From Epiperipatus broadwayi (taxonomy: Eukaryota > Animalia > Onychophora): a stretch of 64,000 nucleotides of DNA. The position numbers were made by a program, and so were the translations under genes. Location: positions 6,076,001 through 6,140,000 of the forward strand of contig JAQFVV010000006.1 of the NCBI GenBank assembly GCA_028023455.1. Reading direction: 5' to 3'. Under the pieces are notes generated by a model. That model was not told the DNA's origin, did no database searches, and saw only the letters and a list, made by a program, of their open reading frames with translations. Position 1 is the first letter of the stretch. Every line of letters begins with the position of its first letter. Below, piece by piece: positions 52,301-64,000 of the stretch.

Positions 52301-55300
52301 GCTTCTGTACATGCGCTTTAATGAGTGCTATATCTTGTATGGGCACTGAAAAGTATTCATTTATTATTTAACACTCATTAAAGCGCATGTACAGTAGCTG
52401 TAAAAGGCTGATATTTAGAAAATATAATAATAAAGTGAAATACGTAATGAGAACAAATGACTTGATTCTTATCGGATGATTACTAAAGTGCTGGTAGAAA
52501 AAAATACATTAACAAAACTATAACCTGAGCAAATTATTGTTAAGTATGACAAGGCTATAAAATTGGGTTCTAAAATTTAAAATTGCAGTGCTAACCATTA
52601 AAATATCATAAAAGTTCTATGCTAAGGTATTTGACAGAGCGTTATTTATTGATGTTTCATTTTTAACCATTACTATGAATTTTTAACTTGTATTTTAAAA
52701 ATAAAGTCTATTTAAATTAAATCATGAAATTGTGAAAAAAAAGTTTTTTAATAATTACTATACAAATATTTTGTAATAATAAATATTTAAATAAACTATG
52801 AAAATATATACCATTTTTTTGATCTCCTCTAACAATAATAGAAGAGTTTACAAATACTCTCAAAACTGTTTTGAAAGCCTGAGATGAAAGAATTAACCAA
52901 TTAACGATGTTGTTGATTCATTTGTAGTACTTTTTCTGTAGAATACTGAACACTTTCAGATTTCTTTGAGTTAATAAATCAATATTTATTTTTAATTCCA
53001 ATTTCTATCATCATATGATCATGTAATCAGATAAACAGTGTTACAGATAGCTATAAGACCGAAAAAAGCCAAAAACAACAACAGCGCCACCACACAGCTA
53101 AAAATTGCTTAGTTAATTTTGTGTTGAAAAAAAAAAGGATCTAAATATTTATCAAATCTGCCTTTGAAATTGATAAAAATCAGTGATTATTTATAAAAGA
53201 TGTTCTTGTATAAAATCAAACTGCTGAAAGTCAAAAGCCGGAAGAGATAGATTATTTTCTCTTTCAGTATTAAAAAAAAATAGACCTTATTTAGTTCTAA
53301 TGCTCATACTTTTCAATGAGAGGGTTTTCTAAGAGTTTCAAACAACGCAAAAATGATAACGTATATGTAAATGTGTGTTTTTCATCATCAGATTAAAAGA
53401 TTATCTTAATACTACCAAGATGTAATTTAAATTTTGTATTAACACACACACCCTTTACTGACAGAAGAATAAATAATTGTTGCAATTTGTATGATCTGTG
53501 AGATGCTAGTGAATGTTTTAGAGAAAATGTTGCTACTATCTGAAATTTTTGCAATAAGTTGTGGCAATTGGACAAGACTCCCAGACTCAAAGACCTTTTT
53601 CAGACCATAGGAACTGCTAAGATGCAAATAAAGTACTCATCCCTAAAATATTTTCGGCATCTATATAAATCTTCATATTGCCACTATATTGGTACTGCTG
53701 CTGTCTAAGGTTTAATGTGGGGATAGCCAGACAACCTTGAATTAATAATGGAGTCCTGATCACAGCACCATCTTCTTGAAGATTTTATGACTCCCTGACA
53801 GCAAACTGTTCTATTGTTTTATTATTATATCGCTTGTTGCCATGTTGTACCACTTACATGCATGCATGAACTATATAACAAAGACAATTCATAGCCTTAT
53901 GTACTTACTGTACTATAATAGAAAGAAGCTAAATTCAAGAGCTATGTATTTCTAATCAATTGTCAGCTGACTAAAATAAAAAAAGTATCTCATTTTTTTT
54001 CATTTTCACAAACTACTGTACTCAACCTTTCAAATAAGTGTGTATGACCTCCAGAGTAACTAACCTTACAATGCTTATGTCAGTTCACTAGCTCATTACC
54101 AGTTACACTTTGACAGTATTTACATTATCTTCCTCTTAATTGATAATTGTATCTATATATAGACATTAATCATATAATCCCATTTACCTAACTCATATGG
54201 GTCAATCATTTCGGGTTCAAGTTACACTAAATCACTTCTGCAACTAGATTTGAATTTGGCTCAAAAGTTAACACAAATAACTTCAATTTAACTCCTGCCA
54301 AATTGGGTGGAGTTTCTATAATTATTAGATTTAATCAGTTTAAGACAATTATATAATCCTACTTACGTAACTTATATGAGTTAAGAATTTGAAGTTTCAC
54401 TAAATTATGTCTGCACTTAGATTTAGACTCCAATTCAGTGGATAAACCAAATAATTTAGATTATGTTTGCAACACTTCAATTTTACAATCTTGTTTATAA
54501 TCAAGTATACAAGTAGTAAAAAAAATGTATGTAAATTTGAAAATTAAATTTGGTATTCTGTTGAAATGAGAGTGATTATAAGATTAGTATGGATATATAT
54601 GATTGAACAAAGATTGCATCTCGTCTTAACTTGATTTATTAATAATTCTTACTAAGATTTATGGCACCAATAAAACACCACATGATCACCATTTCTTATG
54701 CTTCTGCAGTCTGTTACAACTGTAACAACTCTCTCCATACAGCAGTGCCACCCAGTGCAAACCATAGTAATCAAGGTTTTTGTGTATCAAAATCCCTATT
54801 GCACTGCGTGAGAATTATTAATTTGTAGCTGAATAAATTCCTATTCTTTTCTTGTGTGTTGCGTGGTTTGGCCCAATCATACAGATATGGACATAAGAGC
54901 ATAAGATCTCTTAAATCGCAACTAAACTCTATAACTTAGGGTGTTCAAATTCATGTGAGCTTCAATGTAACAAACCATTTTATTATTGATTTATATTTTT
55001 CTCTTCTTCTCTCCGTTTTTTTCTAGTGTACTATCTTCAGTCATTTTGAGTTACACAGGGTCTAGTCCTTGGAAGCATATCATGTCATCGACCGTTTCTT
55101 TCAAGTAATTGTGATAAAGGGATATGTGTATGCACAACTACATTTTTATATTTTAATCGTACACACAGCAATTCTAATCTCTTCGTTTGTTTTCTAACTT
55201 TTTATTTCGGTGTCTTTTTATCTTCGTTAAATCTTTTTTTTTTTGGAATTGAAATGTATGCCATTTCACGTTGTAATTGCGCTCCTTGTGTCTTAATTTC

Positions 55301-56419
55301 ATTAGTTTTCAACATGTGTGTGATCAGGTGGGTCAGCAATATGATATGGCAAGGAGAGTTGAGGGTCATGTGAAAGTCTGAGTTCGAATACCGCATACAT
55401 TATATTATATATATGCAGGTTTAAGCCTGTACAGTGGATTAATTTACATATTAATTTTCAATGTAAATGTCCTTTTAAAGCAAATTAATGTTTTTTTTAT
55501 CTATATAATTACGTAAGGAAAATTATTTCTGTACCATCTCTCGTACGTGTGTGTGTATGTGTATAGTGATCTAAGAAAGAAAGAAGATAGAGATATAATA
55601 GTCTATTATTAAATGAAATTTTTAAATCATTATTTTTCCATTACAGTACTAAAGTAAATTTCAATGAAACTTCTTTCGTCCTACATTTAAGAGACTTATG
55701 TGAAAGCAAATCTTTCTAAAGTGCTAATGGTTTAATTGACTACACTTGAAATTACAAATTTTCTCTTAGAATCATTTTAAAAAGATTAAGCTTAGAGCAC
55801 CATAATACAGAAATATTAAAACTTTTATTTTTAATGAAGTTTTTTTTAAAAAAAAAAAAAAAGACGGATTTTCTTTTTTTCTGTTTATCCCTTGCGTGTG
55901 TAATTGCATTCGGATACGTACACACACGTATAAATTGGATATAGACTGCTTTATATTATTTTACAAAAAAAAAGACTAAAAGACAGGCATGAAATAATTT
56001 AAGAAAACATTACAGTGTAATAAATGAATCACCTTCTGTTTATGTATAACTTAAATATTTTCATATCAGGATTGTTTCGTATGATTCTCCTCTATGGATG
56101 TAAAAGATGGACAACAAAATTTATTCATTAAATAAATTGAATGATTTAATTTTTGAAAACATGGGGATTGATTATCATAAGCACTTTATTCATTAAATAA
56201 ATTTATTCATTAAATAAATTGAATGATTTAATTTTTGAAAACATGGGGATTGATTATCATAAGCACTTTATTTAGGCAGACAAATCGCAATAAGGGAAGT
56301 AGATTTAGTCATTTCAAAATAGTTAGTAGTCAGAATGCAAGAGTTATATTCTACTCTCACTACTTTTACGACACCTAGCGTAAGTTTTAGTACTCAATAA
56401 ATGCCAGTTGGTTGTGTTT

Positions 56420-56660
56420 AATGAAAATGAATCTCTATCCAATGTTGCCTATCCAAATACCCCCAAACTAGTTTCTGACTTATGGCTTTCATGAGTAAGA
56501 AGCTTTTTGGGTTTTTTATAAACGGTGCACTTTAATCTTCAGATCTAATGCAATTTTTCTCGAGTGGCCATTTTTTATCTTTTTGTTATACTATCAAGCT
56601 ATCAGGCCAAACAAAAAACTTATTAATTTTTTCAATCTGAGCCTATTTGCTTGCATAGTT
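56420..56660 (-). mobile_element. Family A copy with mutated hammerhead (56451-56510)
   Basis: Minus strand CTTCTTA-CTCATGA-AAGC-CATAA-GTCA-GAA-ACTAGT-T/TGGGGG. Confidence 0.7.
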
Positions 56661-56883
56661 ATATAGACTTGATCAATTCAATTTCTATGTATTATGGTAG
56701 CTTTAAGTGGTTTACAACTTTGGACATTTTTATTCTTTGTCCAAAAATAGTATTATATCATTAAGATATCACATGACTAACTAGTCATCACATTATCTTT
56801 GCCTGTATTTTGACATTCTTTAGAATAGCTTCATTAATAATAGAAGGTATGCTAATGAATAGCAAAATGTAAGAAATGATAAT

Positions 56884-56915
56884 GTGATGAAGACTGCAGG
56901 ACAGTCGAAACTGTA
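56884..56915 (+). ncRNA. Minimal Penelope-type hammerhead-like motif (relatives at 47527-47554 and 17215-17246)
   Basis: GTGATGA-A-GACTG-CAGGA-CAGTC-GAAACTGT; perfect 5-bp stem II, no clear stem I. Confidence 0.4.
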
Positions 56916-57234
56916 AGGAAAATAAAGGAGGAATTATATAAAAATTGCATTAAAGTATTATATGAGGGAAATATATAGAAAAGTTTAATGTAGATGAATA
57001 TATGAAGAAAGATGCAAAGAAAGTGAAAAGCAGAAGATAAGAATAAGAATAGTTCTGAGAATGTGATAACAAATTGGTCATTTTATAGTGAGCATTTGAA
57101 AGACCAAATTGTTGGATGTAATAGATTAGTACCCTCCTAGATTACAATGATAGCTGTATTCAAAAAAATAGGTCTTATTTCAATCATATTCACAAGATAG
57201 TTGATATTTGTTATTTATTATTCAAGAGCTGTCA

Positions 57235-57700
57235 CAAGTGGTACTACTGTATGCAGAGTTGGCTACTCTTATTAACTGCATGTGTAAGCATATGGAATGG
57301 TGATCATGTGATGTTTTGATGGCTTTATACCTATCCTGCCCATAGGATAATGGTGACTATGATTTTAAAAAACCAAAGACACCAAAATGTATAGATGCTG
57401 AACTGAGTTCAGGTCTATATGACTATACAATTGAATGAGCTTGGGTTGGAAACATTATGGTGTTTTCATCTTGGGCTCCTAGCCTTATAGTTAACCAAAT
57501 AGGTAAAAAGTGGCTGCTGGATGATTGCATTAGACCCTAAGATCTATATGCTATTAGATCCAAGGCTTCTCACTAATGAAAGCCACATGCTAGAAACTAG
57601 TCAGGGGATGTTGGGTGAATAGGCACTAGATAGGGATTTTATGCACAAACCTTTCTGCATCCATTGATTACAAAGATTTGCACTTATGGAAAGTTTGCAA
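57235..57700 (+). mobile_element. Full ~450 bp family A monomer with terminal redundancy; hammerhead at 57558-57616 (G5A)
   Basis: ACTACTGTATGCAGAGTT at the start and CACTTATGGAAAGTTTGC at the end; CTTCTCA-CTAATGA-AAGC-CACAT-GCTA-GAA-ACTAGT-C/AGGGGA. Confidence 0.8.
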
Positions 57701-58169
57701 CTCATTTTAAAAGCATGTGAAGCTGTCATATTATTAAGACATAGTATTTGCTTAAGTTGAGTGTTAAGGATAGAAGTAAATCTATTCTTTGGTTCACCAA
57801 AATAATGAAGCATGACTAGCTCTCCGACTTGATTAAAATGGACATTTTGTGTTTTATAGAATAATAAATTAGATGTGGATATTCATAATAAGTGAAGAGA
57901 TCTGAAAGCAGAAGTTTAAACAACTGATAAGAAGGTTTAAAAGTGATTAATTGATCATAATTGTAAAAGATATACACATATGCTAATCATGGTCATTCCA
58001 GATCTTTTTTGGTGCAATGAATGCAACATGTGGACCTGAAAAAAGGTATCATAATCCTATTATATACATTATGATAATGATATTTTGAACAGATGAAAAG
58101 AGTATTTTGATCTTCTTTTGAATAATGATGCAAGAACAGAGATGACTTTTAATGGTATATCCATTTTAT

Positions 58170-58960
58170 CTACTCATTTAAATTTGGACAAAGATATTCA
58201 GCTTAGTGAAGTCAAAACAGTTCTTTGTAATCTTAAAATAATGAAAAGCTGCAGGTCTTGATGAAATACGAGAAGTTTTAAATGTGGTGGTGATATATTA
58301 TCTTGAAGAATAATGGAACTATTTAGAAATATCTGGACTCATGAAGTTATGATATCTGATCTTAAGGATGCTTTTGTTGCTGTAATTTATAAAAACAAAG
58401 GGAATAGAGAAGATTTTGGTAATTATCATGGAATATCTTTATTATTCATTATGGCAAAAGTACTTTCAAAAACTTTATTGAATACATTAATACCAGTTTT
58501 AGATGAATGGTTACCAGAAACTATGTTGGGTTTTAGAGAATCAGAAAACACTATTAGATTTTTTTTTTCCAGGAAAAGCATCAGAAACAAAGAAATGATT
58601 TATATATTGCATTATAGATTTGGCCTAGACAGCTCTATGGAATGGCTTAAAATTAGTTGGTTGTCCACCAAAATTTATTCATATTATACAGTTTCTGCAT
58701 GATGGGATGAGAAATAATTTACATAGTTTTATTGATTTAATCAAGGCATTTGATTCAGTTAACAGGACAGGTCTCTGGTATTGTTTGAAATTAATTGATT
58801 GTCCACCAAAATTCATTTATATTATACAACTTCTATATACTGAAATAATCTGAAGCATTTGGAATAAAAACTGGTGTTAAATAAGGATATATACTTGCCC
58901 TAATATTATTTTCAATTTTTATGACAGTTGTTTTTTGGAATTGTTTGTAGTCAGCTTAAT
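58170..58960 (+). pseudogene. RTE-clade LINE reverse transcriptase fragment with internal duplication
   Basis: KAAGLDEI..IYKNKGNREDFGNYHGISLL..FIDLIKAFDSVNR..CPPKFI..KTGVK*GYILA; the CPPKFI block is present twice. Confidence 0.9.
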
Positions 58961-59779
58961 AAAATGGGGATCAAGATTGCGATACTGGTTTAATGAAAAT
59001 CAGATTAGAAAGAACAAAACTGTTACAAAATGGAAGTGGGTTTAAACATATGGACATAGATTTTTATCTTTACCAATTTGCCTGCAAAATAGTGATATTT
59101 TCAGATTTTTTTAAATTAATAAATTAATATTTGCTAGTTCATAATTTTATTGTTTAAAAAAAATCTATAAAATTATCTAAAGAGATAGCCATAAATAATT
59201 TAGAGCAGCAAAATTAGGACACCATTTCTGAAATAAATAGCTATCTTAGTTGTTGAATCTTTTAATGAGAAAATTAATGAACTCAACACTGTCAATAAAT
59301 ATTTCAGAATCCCTTTATTTATTTATTGGCTGAGCGATCTAGTAAAGTGGTAATGAAATGTTTATTAATACTTTGTTGTTGTTTTTTTTATTCAAGACCA
59401 TGTCTGTATATAATAACAATGAATTTACAGAGCTAAATGTTTTACTTGCAATGTTTTGAGATCACTTATTAAATATAATTGAATCTCTAGTGACAACATT
59501 CGATAATACTTCTAACTTTAAAATATTGTCAAGTGCTGCCACTAGAGGGCTATTCAATTATATTTAAACAATTATAATTAGATGATCTCAAATTGTGATA
59601 CATATATTATAATGAAGATTATCAGATGTCTTGTGTAAAGATTTGTGATGAATGATGGCATTTTATTTGTGGCAATATGTTGAACTATTTCCATCATCAA
59701 GTTGAATTGTTTGATGTTTTTCTTGAAAAATTCATATTTTATTTATTGTCTTTCAAATATGTTCAACTAATAGTAATAA

Positions 59780-60140
59780 TATTATCATTGTCAACCATTA
59801 TCAATCCACTGCAGGGTGAAGGTTTCTCCAAGTTCAGACCATCATCTCCAATATTTAGCTTCTCTTCTCTACATCACCCCTGCACACTTTCTTATTTTAT
59901 CTATCCATCTCACATGTGGTCTCTTTCTGGATCTTTTAAAATCTCTTGGAATCCAGTTTAAGATTTCAATTGTCCATCTATAATCATCTCTTCTAGCAAT
60001 ATGTCCAGCCCAAATCCACTTTAATCTTTGAATTCTTTCAACAATGTCAGTAACACCTGTTTGTTCTCTTACCCATATATTGGTTTTCGATCTCTTTTTG
60101 TTATTCCTAATATGCATCGGCTCTTCTATTAAGTGTCCAA
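59780..60140 (-). pseudogene. RTE-type LINE 3' end
   Basis: EQTGVTDIVERIQRLKWIWAGHIARRDDYRWTIEILNWIPRDFKRSRKRPHVRWIDKI, followed by GGATTGATAATGGTTGA; abuts a SINE D tail fragment at 59675-59790. Confidence 0.9.
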
Positions 60141-60399
60141 GTATCCATAAGTAAGAACTGGTACCAGTAATAATATACAGATTCATATAGAACAGCAAGT
60201 TTTAATTGGTGTTATCTTCCTCTATTCTTCGAGTATTGCTGGCTTGATAAGTGGCAGTAGTAGCAAAGAAATTAAATACTTAATTTTTAAGCTGGTGTTT
60301 TAACCAATTAGACTATTCTATTGGAATAATCCAGATGGTCAAAATACCACCTTAAAAATTTAATGTTTATGGTTTTAAAGATCATTAGATCAATCCCTG

Positions 60400-60720
60400 T
60401 ACTAGACTGTTATTTGATCAGGTCAGAAACACCTGGTGAACAGAGAAAATAATACCATTTTAAAAGTATTGTGTTTTATATGATGTTGTGTGTTATTAAA
60501 TATTGATTGACCATATTTGGAAGAATATAAATAAAGCTAAATTATCTAATCTGAAAGACAGTATCAGAAAGGGATCATACCCAGAAATTATCCTGACGCT
60601 AATTCTAGATCATTTGATATGGCTTACTAGATGTAAGCTAGTGTTTAATCCTGATAAATTTGATAGTATTGCCTTCATGTGGAAAAAATTAAAACAGACA
60701 AAAACAAAAGATGGACTGAG
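60400..60720 (+). pseudogene. Possible L1/Tx1-type ORF2 C-terminal remnant
   Basis: LIWLTRCKLVF resembles the IW-x-x-RN-x-x-x-F motif; no other support. Confidence 0.3.
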
Positions 60721-61702
60721 CTCATTTTCTCTATGACATGGGACATGTTGAATTTAGACTCACCATGTCCCCAACCAATAGTAGGATGTTCCTAAAAGGG
60801 ACAAGAGAAGAATAAAAGGCTAAAGTCCAGCAATTTCAAATGACGGAAAATGAAACCATATCAAATAAAATATATCCCAAAGATCTACACAGGAACTGCA
60901 CCAATAGCAAAGAGTTAAAAAGACTGATGATTAAAAGATAACATCATCAGCCTGGACAATTAAATTTCAAACTATATGCTAGAATATCATAACTGCTAAT
61001 GTAATAACGTAATTATAATAAATTATTTGGGGGAAAGAAGTATGAATTTTTATTAAACTAGATGGTGGAAATAATTCAGCATAACTATATAAAAACATTA
61101 TATAATTGAATAAATATAATTAAAATAAGAAAATACAAATGTGAATTTGAAACGTATATACAGAAATAATAGATTTAAAAAATCAGGGATTTACTAATTA
61201 TTCATTAATGTATCAATATTTTAATAGTACTTTAATTAGAGGGAGAAAAAATGAATTAACAATTTAAAAAAATAAATAAAAGTAACAAATATTTTTATAA
61301 GATAAAAAAAAACATATCAAAATAAAAACTAATTTCAATTCATAAACTAATTAACAAAGTAATTAAATATTTAATTATAAATGAAATTTAATTATGTGTA
61401 TATATATAATTACAATAAATCTAATTAGAAAATTAATTAATATATATTTTTGATTTATTTTTTGAAGATATTTTGGTATTATTTACAAGAAAAAAATTTA
61501 GTTTCTTTTATTAACAACAAAAACTTACATTTTGTTTTTGTTTGATTGTCTAGTCTGTTAATGAAAAAACTAAAAAGTTTAAGTAAAATAAAATTATATA
61601 TATAATACTTATATCTTTTAAAATGCCAATTTCTATTTCAAACACATAACTATAACTGTTCAGATGAGAAATGCAAATGGCTACAAATGGGTGTTTGGCC
61701 TA

Positions 61703-61734
61703 CTGAAGAGGATCTGGTTTGGCTGAAATGCATA
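61703..61734 (+). ncRNA. CpG-decayed Penelope-type hammerhead-like motif
   Basis: CTGAAGA-G-GATCTGGTTTGGCT-GAA-ATGCAT-A; GCTGAAATGCAT is what GCCGAAACGCGT becomes after CpG decay. Confidence 0.4.
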
Positions 61735-62739
61735 ATGAAAATTACTTAATATATTTTTTTTCAATTTTTATAGTTATGTATAGAATATATGAGCACAGAC
61801 TTTCACATGACCCACCACTCTCCACACTATCTCATAACACTTGAACACATATGTTGAAAAGATAAATAATATATAGGATATATGAGCACAGACTTTCACA
61901 TGATCCACCACTCTCCACACTATCTCATAACACTGATACACTTGAACACATATATGTTGAAAAAATATGAGTTTGAAGTAAAAATAGCATTAATATTGAT
62001 TATTTATTTACTCAATAAAAATCATTAGAATTTCAAAACCGTAATCTGGCTTGATTAATATAAAACATTTAAGTAGCAATACTTGATTTATTAATATATT
62101 AATAAACTGAAGATCAAATAAATGTGATCATCTTTTATCCAACAAAATACATTGGTACCAATGTATAGCGGGGATGGGGTATGACTTAGAAGTTCCTTTC
62201 AATAATTGTTTGGAAATCTAACTTGTAAATTATTTTAATATTTGTTTGTCCCGTGAATAGACTTATAAATTACATACTAATAATAACATATTTATTCCAG
62301 TTTAGCAATATGTGTATTTAATTTATAATATAATGGATTAATTAATATTTAAGATGATAAAAATTTGTAGTTGTTTTCAATTCTGCTTTAAGATAATTCA
62401 ATACAATATTTAAATGTTTAAGTTTATATAATTGGAATATGGTTATTTCTTGCTTTAATATTGTCTTGGATTGAATATTTATATTAAAAAATTATACGCA
62501 TTACATCAAAAAGCTCTAACAGGTATTTTACAACCACCTCATAGCTGATGTTGAGGGTGTGAGATGTCAAAACTTGTATGTGAATACTAATGGCAATTTG
62601 ATTGATCTGTTAATTAAACAATATTAATAAGTTAATTTACATATTGGTATGTGTGTAAAATCAATACCTTTTTATAAAATATATGTTTTGATTTAGTTAA
62701 ATTTGAATTATTCCCTCTCAGAATTCTATACACTTATAT

Positions 62740-63100
62740 ATACTGATGACATTTTAAAATATTGTCTTGCCTACGATTGCGATAGCATGCACATGTGTAT
62801 AATCAATGTAGATGCATGAAATAGAAAATTTTCTTCATGCTGACAAAGCCTGTATATAAATCAATCTGACATTTTAAAATATCTTGTTTATAATTCTAAT
62901 AACATGCATATGTGTGTAATGCATGTGCATGCATGAAATGGTAAGTTTTCTTCATGCTGGTAATGCTCATATATAAATCAATCTGACATCTCAAAATATC
63001 TTGTTTATAATTATAACTTGCATGTGTGTGTAGTGCATATACATGCATAAAATGACAAGTTTTCCACATGCTAAGATGCCCATATATAAATCAATGGTAA
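62740..63100. repeat. Three tandem ~113 bp units
   Basis: CTGACATTTTAAAATAT(C)TTG..GCATG..GAAA..TTTTCTTCATGCTG..TATATAAATCAAT repeated. Confidence 0.85.
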
Positions 63101-63373
63101 TAATCAGAAGTAAAACTGAACTCTAAATTGGGCTCCATTACATCTTTTCTGCTTTTAAAGTTACTGGTATATAAAATTATTCTCAATCATCATTTTTAAT
63201 CATTGCTGCACGATAATCTCACATTTGTTTGCAAAAAATTTGTCATTTCTAACCTACTGCCTCCATTAAAAATAAATAAAAAATAAAAATTTTACGAAAA
63301 TAAATCTTTGATAGCTAAAACTTAAGATTTTAGTGCAACAGTAAAATGATTTCGTTTACATTTGTTTTTCCAG

Positions 63374-63414
63374 AAGCTGTAAGAACTGAAAATGATGTGA
63401 AGAACAGATCATAA
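63374..63414 (+). CDS. Possible short terminal coding exon
   Basis: Strong acceptor TTTGTTTTTCCAG then (E)AVRTENDVKNRS-stop. Confidence 0.2.
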
Positions 63415-63504
63415 AAGGAAAGGAATTAAGAAATGTTGGAAATGATACGGAGAACAGATGGTGAAAAGAATTAAGAAGCACTGATATAAAAAGTTTTTAT
63501 TTTT

Positions 63505-63600
63505 TATTTTTTTCATGTGTCAAAGCATCGGCCGGAAAACGAACCCGCGACAATTGCTTGTAAGGCAGCTGTGCTAACCACTCGGCCACTAACGCTTGAC
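63505..63600 (-). mobile_element. Short SINE family V copy, the most tRNA-like
   Basis: GTCAA-GCGTTAGTGGCCGAGTGGTTAGCACAGCTGCCTTACAAGCAATTGTCGCGGGTTCGTTTTCCGGCCGATGC-TTTGACACATG plus A-tail. Confidence 0.85.
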
Positions 63601-64000
63601 AGTTTTTTTTATTTTATCAGAGTCTTGTCACCTCAACTCCAGTATATAATAACTATCCGTCAATGCTGAAACTCACATCATCCCCTAAGAAGATAATCTG
63701 ACTTTCAACTCTGTGGGCTGGTTGCGATTTAATGACGCTGAATCGCACTGAAAAAAAAAAAAATTAAAACAGATTTTAAAAATTTGCAATTTTTTTTTTT
63801 TTCTGTTTTTAAAACAAATTTTTTTTTTAAAAGTTTTTTCCCATTGTTGGTAATAACGTAACAAAAGTTTTAAAACAAAAAATCCATTACTTTTAAAGAG
63901 AAGAAGAAAATGTAGAGAATGAACTTTTAAATCGAATTCCATTTGTGGCGTTTAGTAGCACCAAGATTTTAAGAAATAAGCTTAGTTCACGAAGACTGCT

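Noticed and set aside
63505-63600. Functional tRNA-Val(TAC) gene
   Set aside because: The D, anticodon and T stems contain mismatches, and the shared leader, trailer and A-tail plus TSDs in sister copies indicate a retroposed SINE.
144-63942. ORF-track entries as host genes
   Set aside because: All are short (60-129 aa). The recognisable ones are RTE, Penelope or L1-like debris or satellite translations; the rest show AT-rich chance composition.

Overview
A very AT-rich (roughly 30% GC by eye) eukaryotic window, most likely repeat-rich intronic or intergenic DNA from an invertebrate. I cannot confidently identify any host protein-coding gene. The listed ORFs are chance ORFs or retroelement debris; a few promoter-like islands and isolated splice-site-bounded segments hint at genes with long introns. 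Supported content: decayed RTE-type LINE fragments, a ~2.1 kb Penelope-like element (RT plus GIY-YIG, inverted terminal repeat), at least three tRNA-derived SINE families, two solo-LTR-like repeats, a hAT-type MITE, many mini-satellites and many fold-back (inverted) duplications. The main hidden signal is a high density of type I hammerhead ribozyme motifs (about 20 intact or decayed copies in 64 kb). Two families sit in circularly permuted, non-coding ~350-450 bp repeat monomers resembling animal non-LTR retrozymes, one sits in the Penelope terminal repeats, and a few are minimal Penelope-type motifs. All alignments, folds and translations were done by eye, so coordinates of degenerate repeats are approximate and ribozyme activity is untested.
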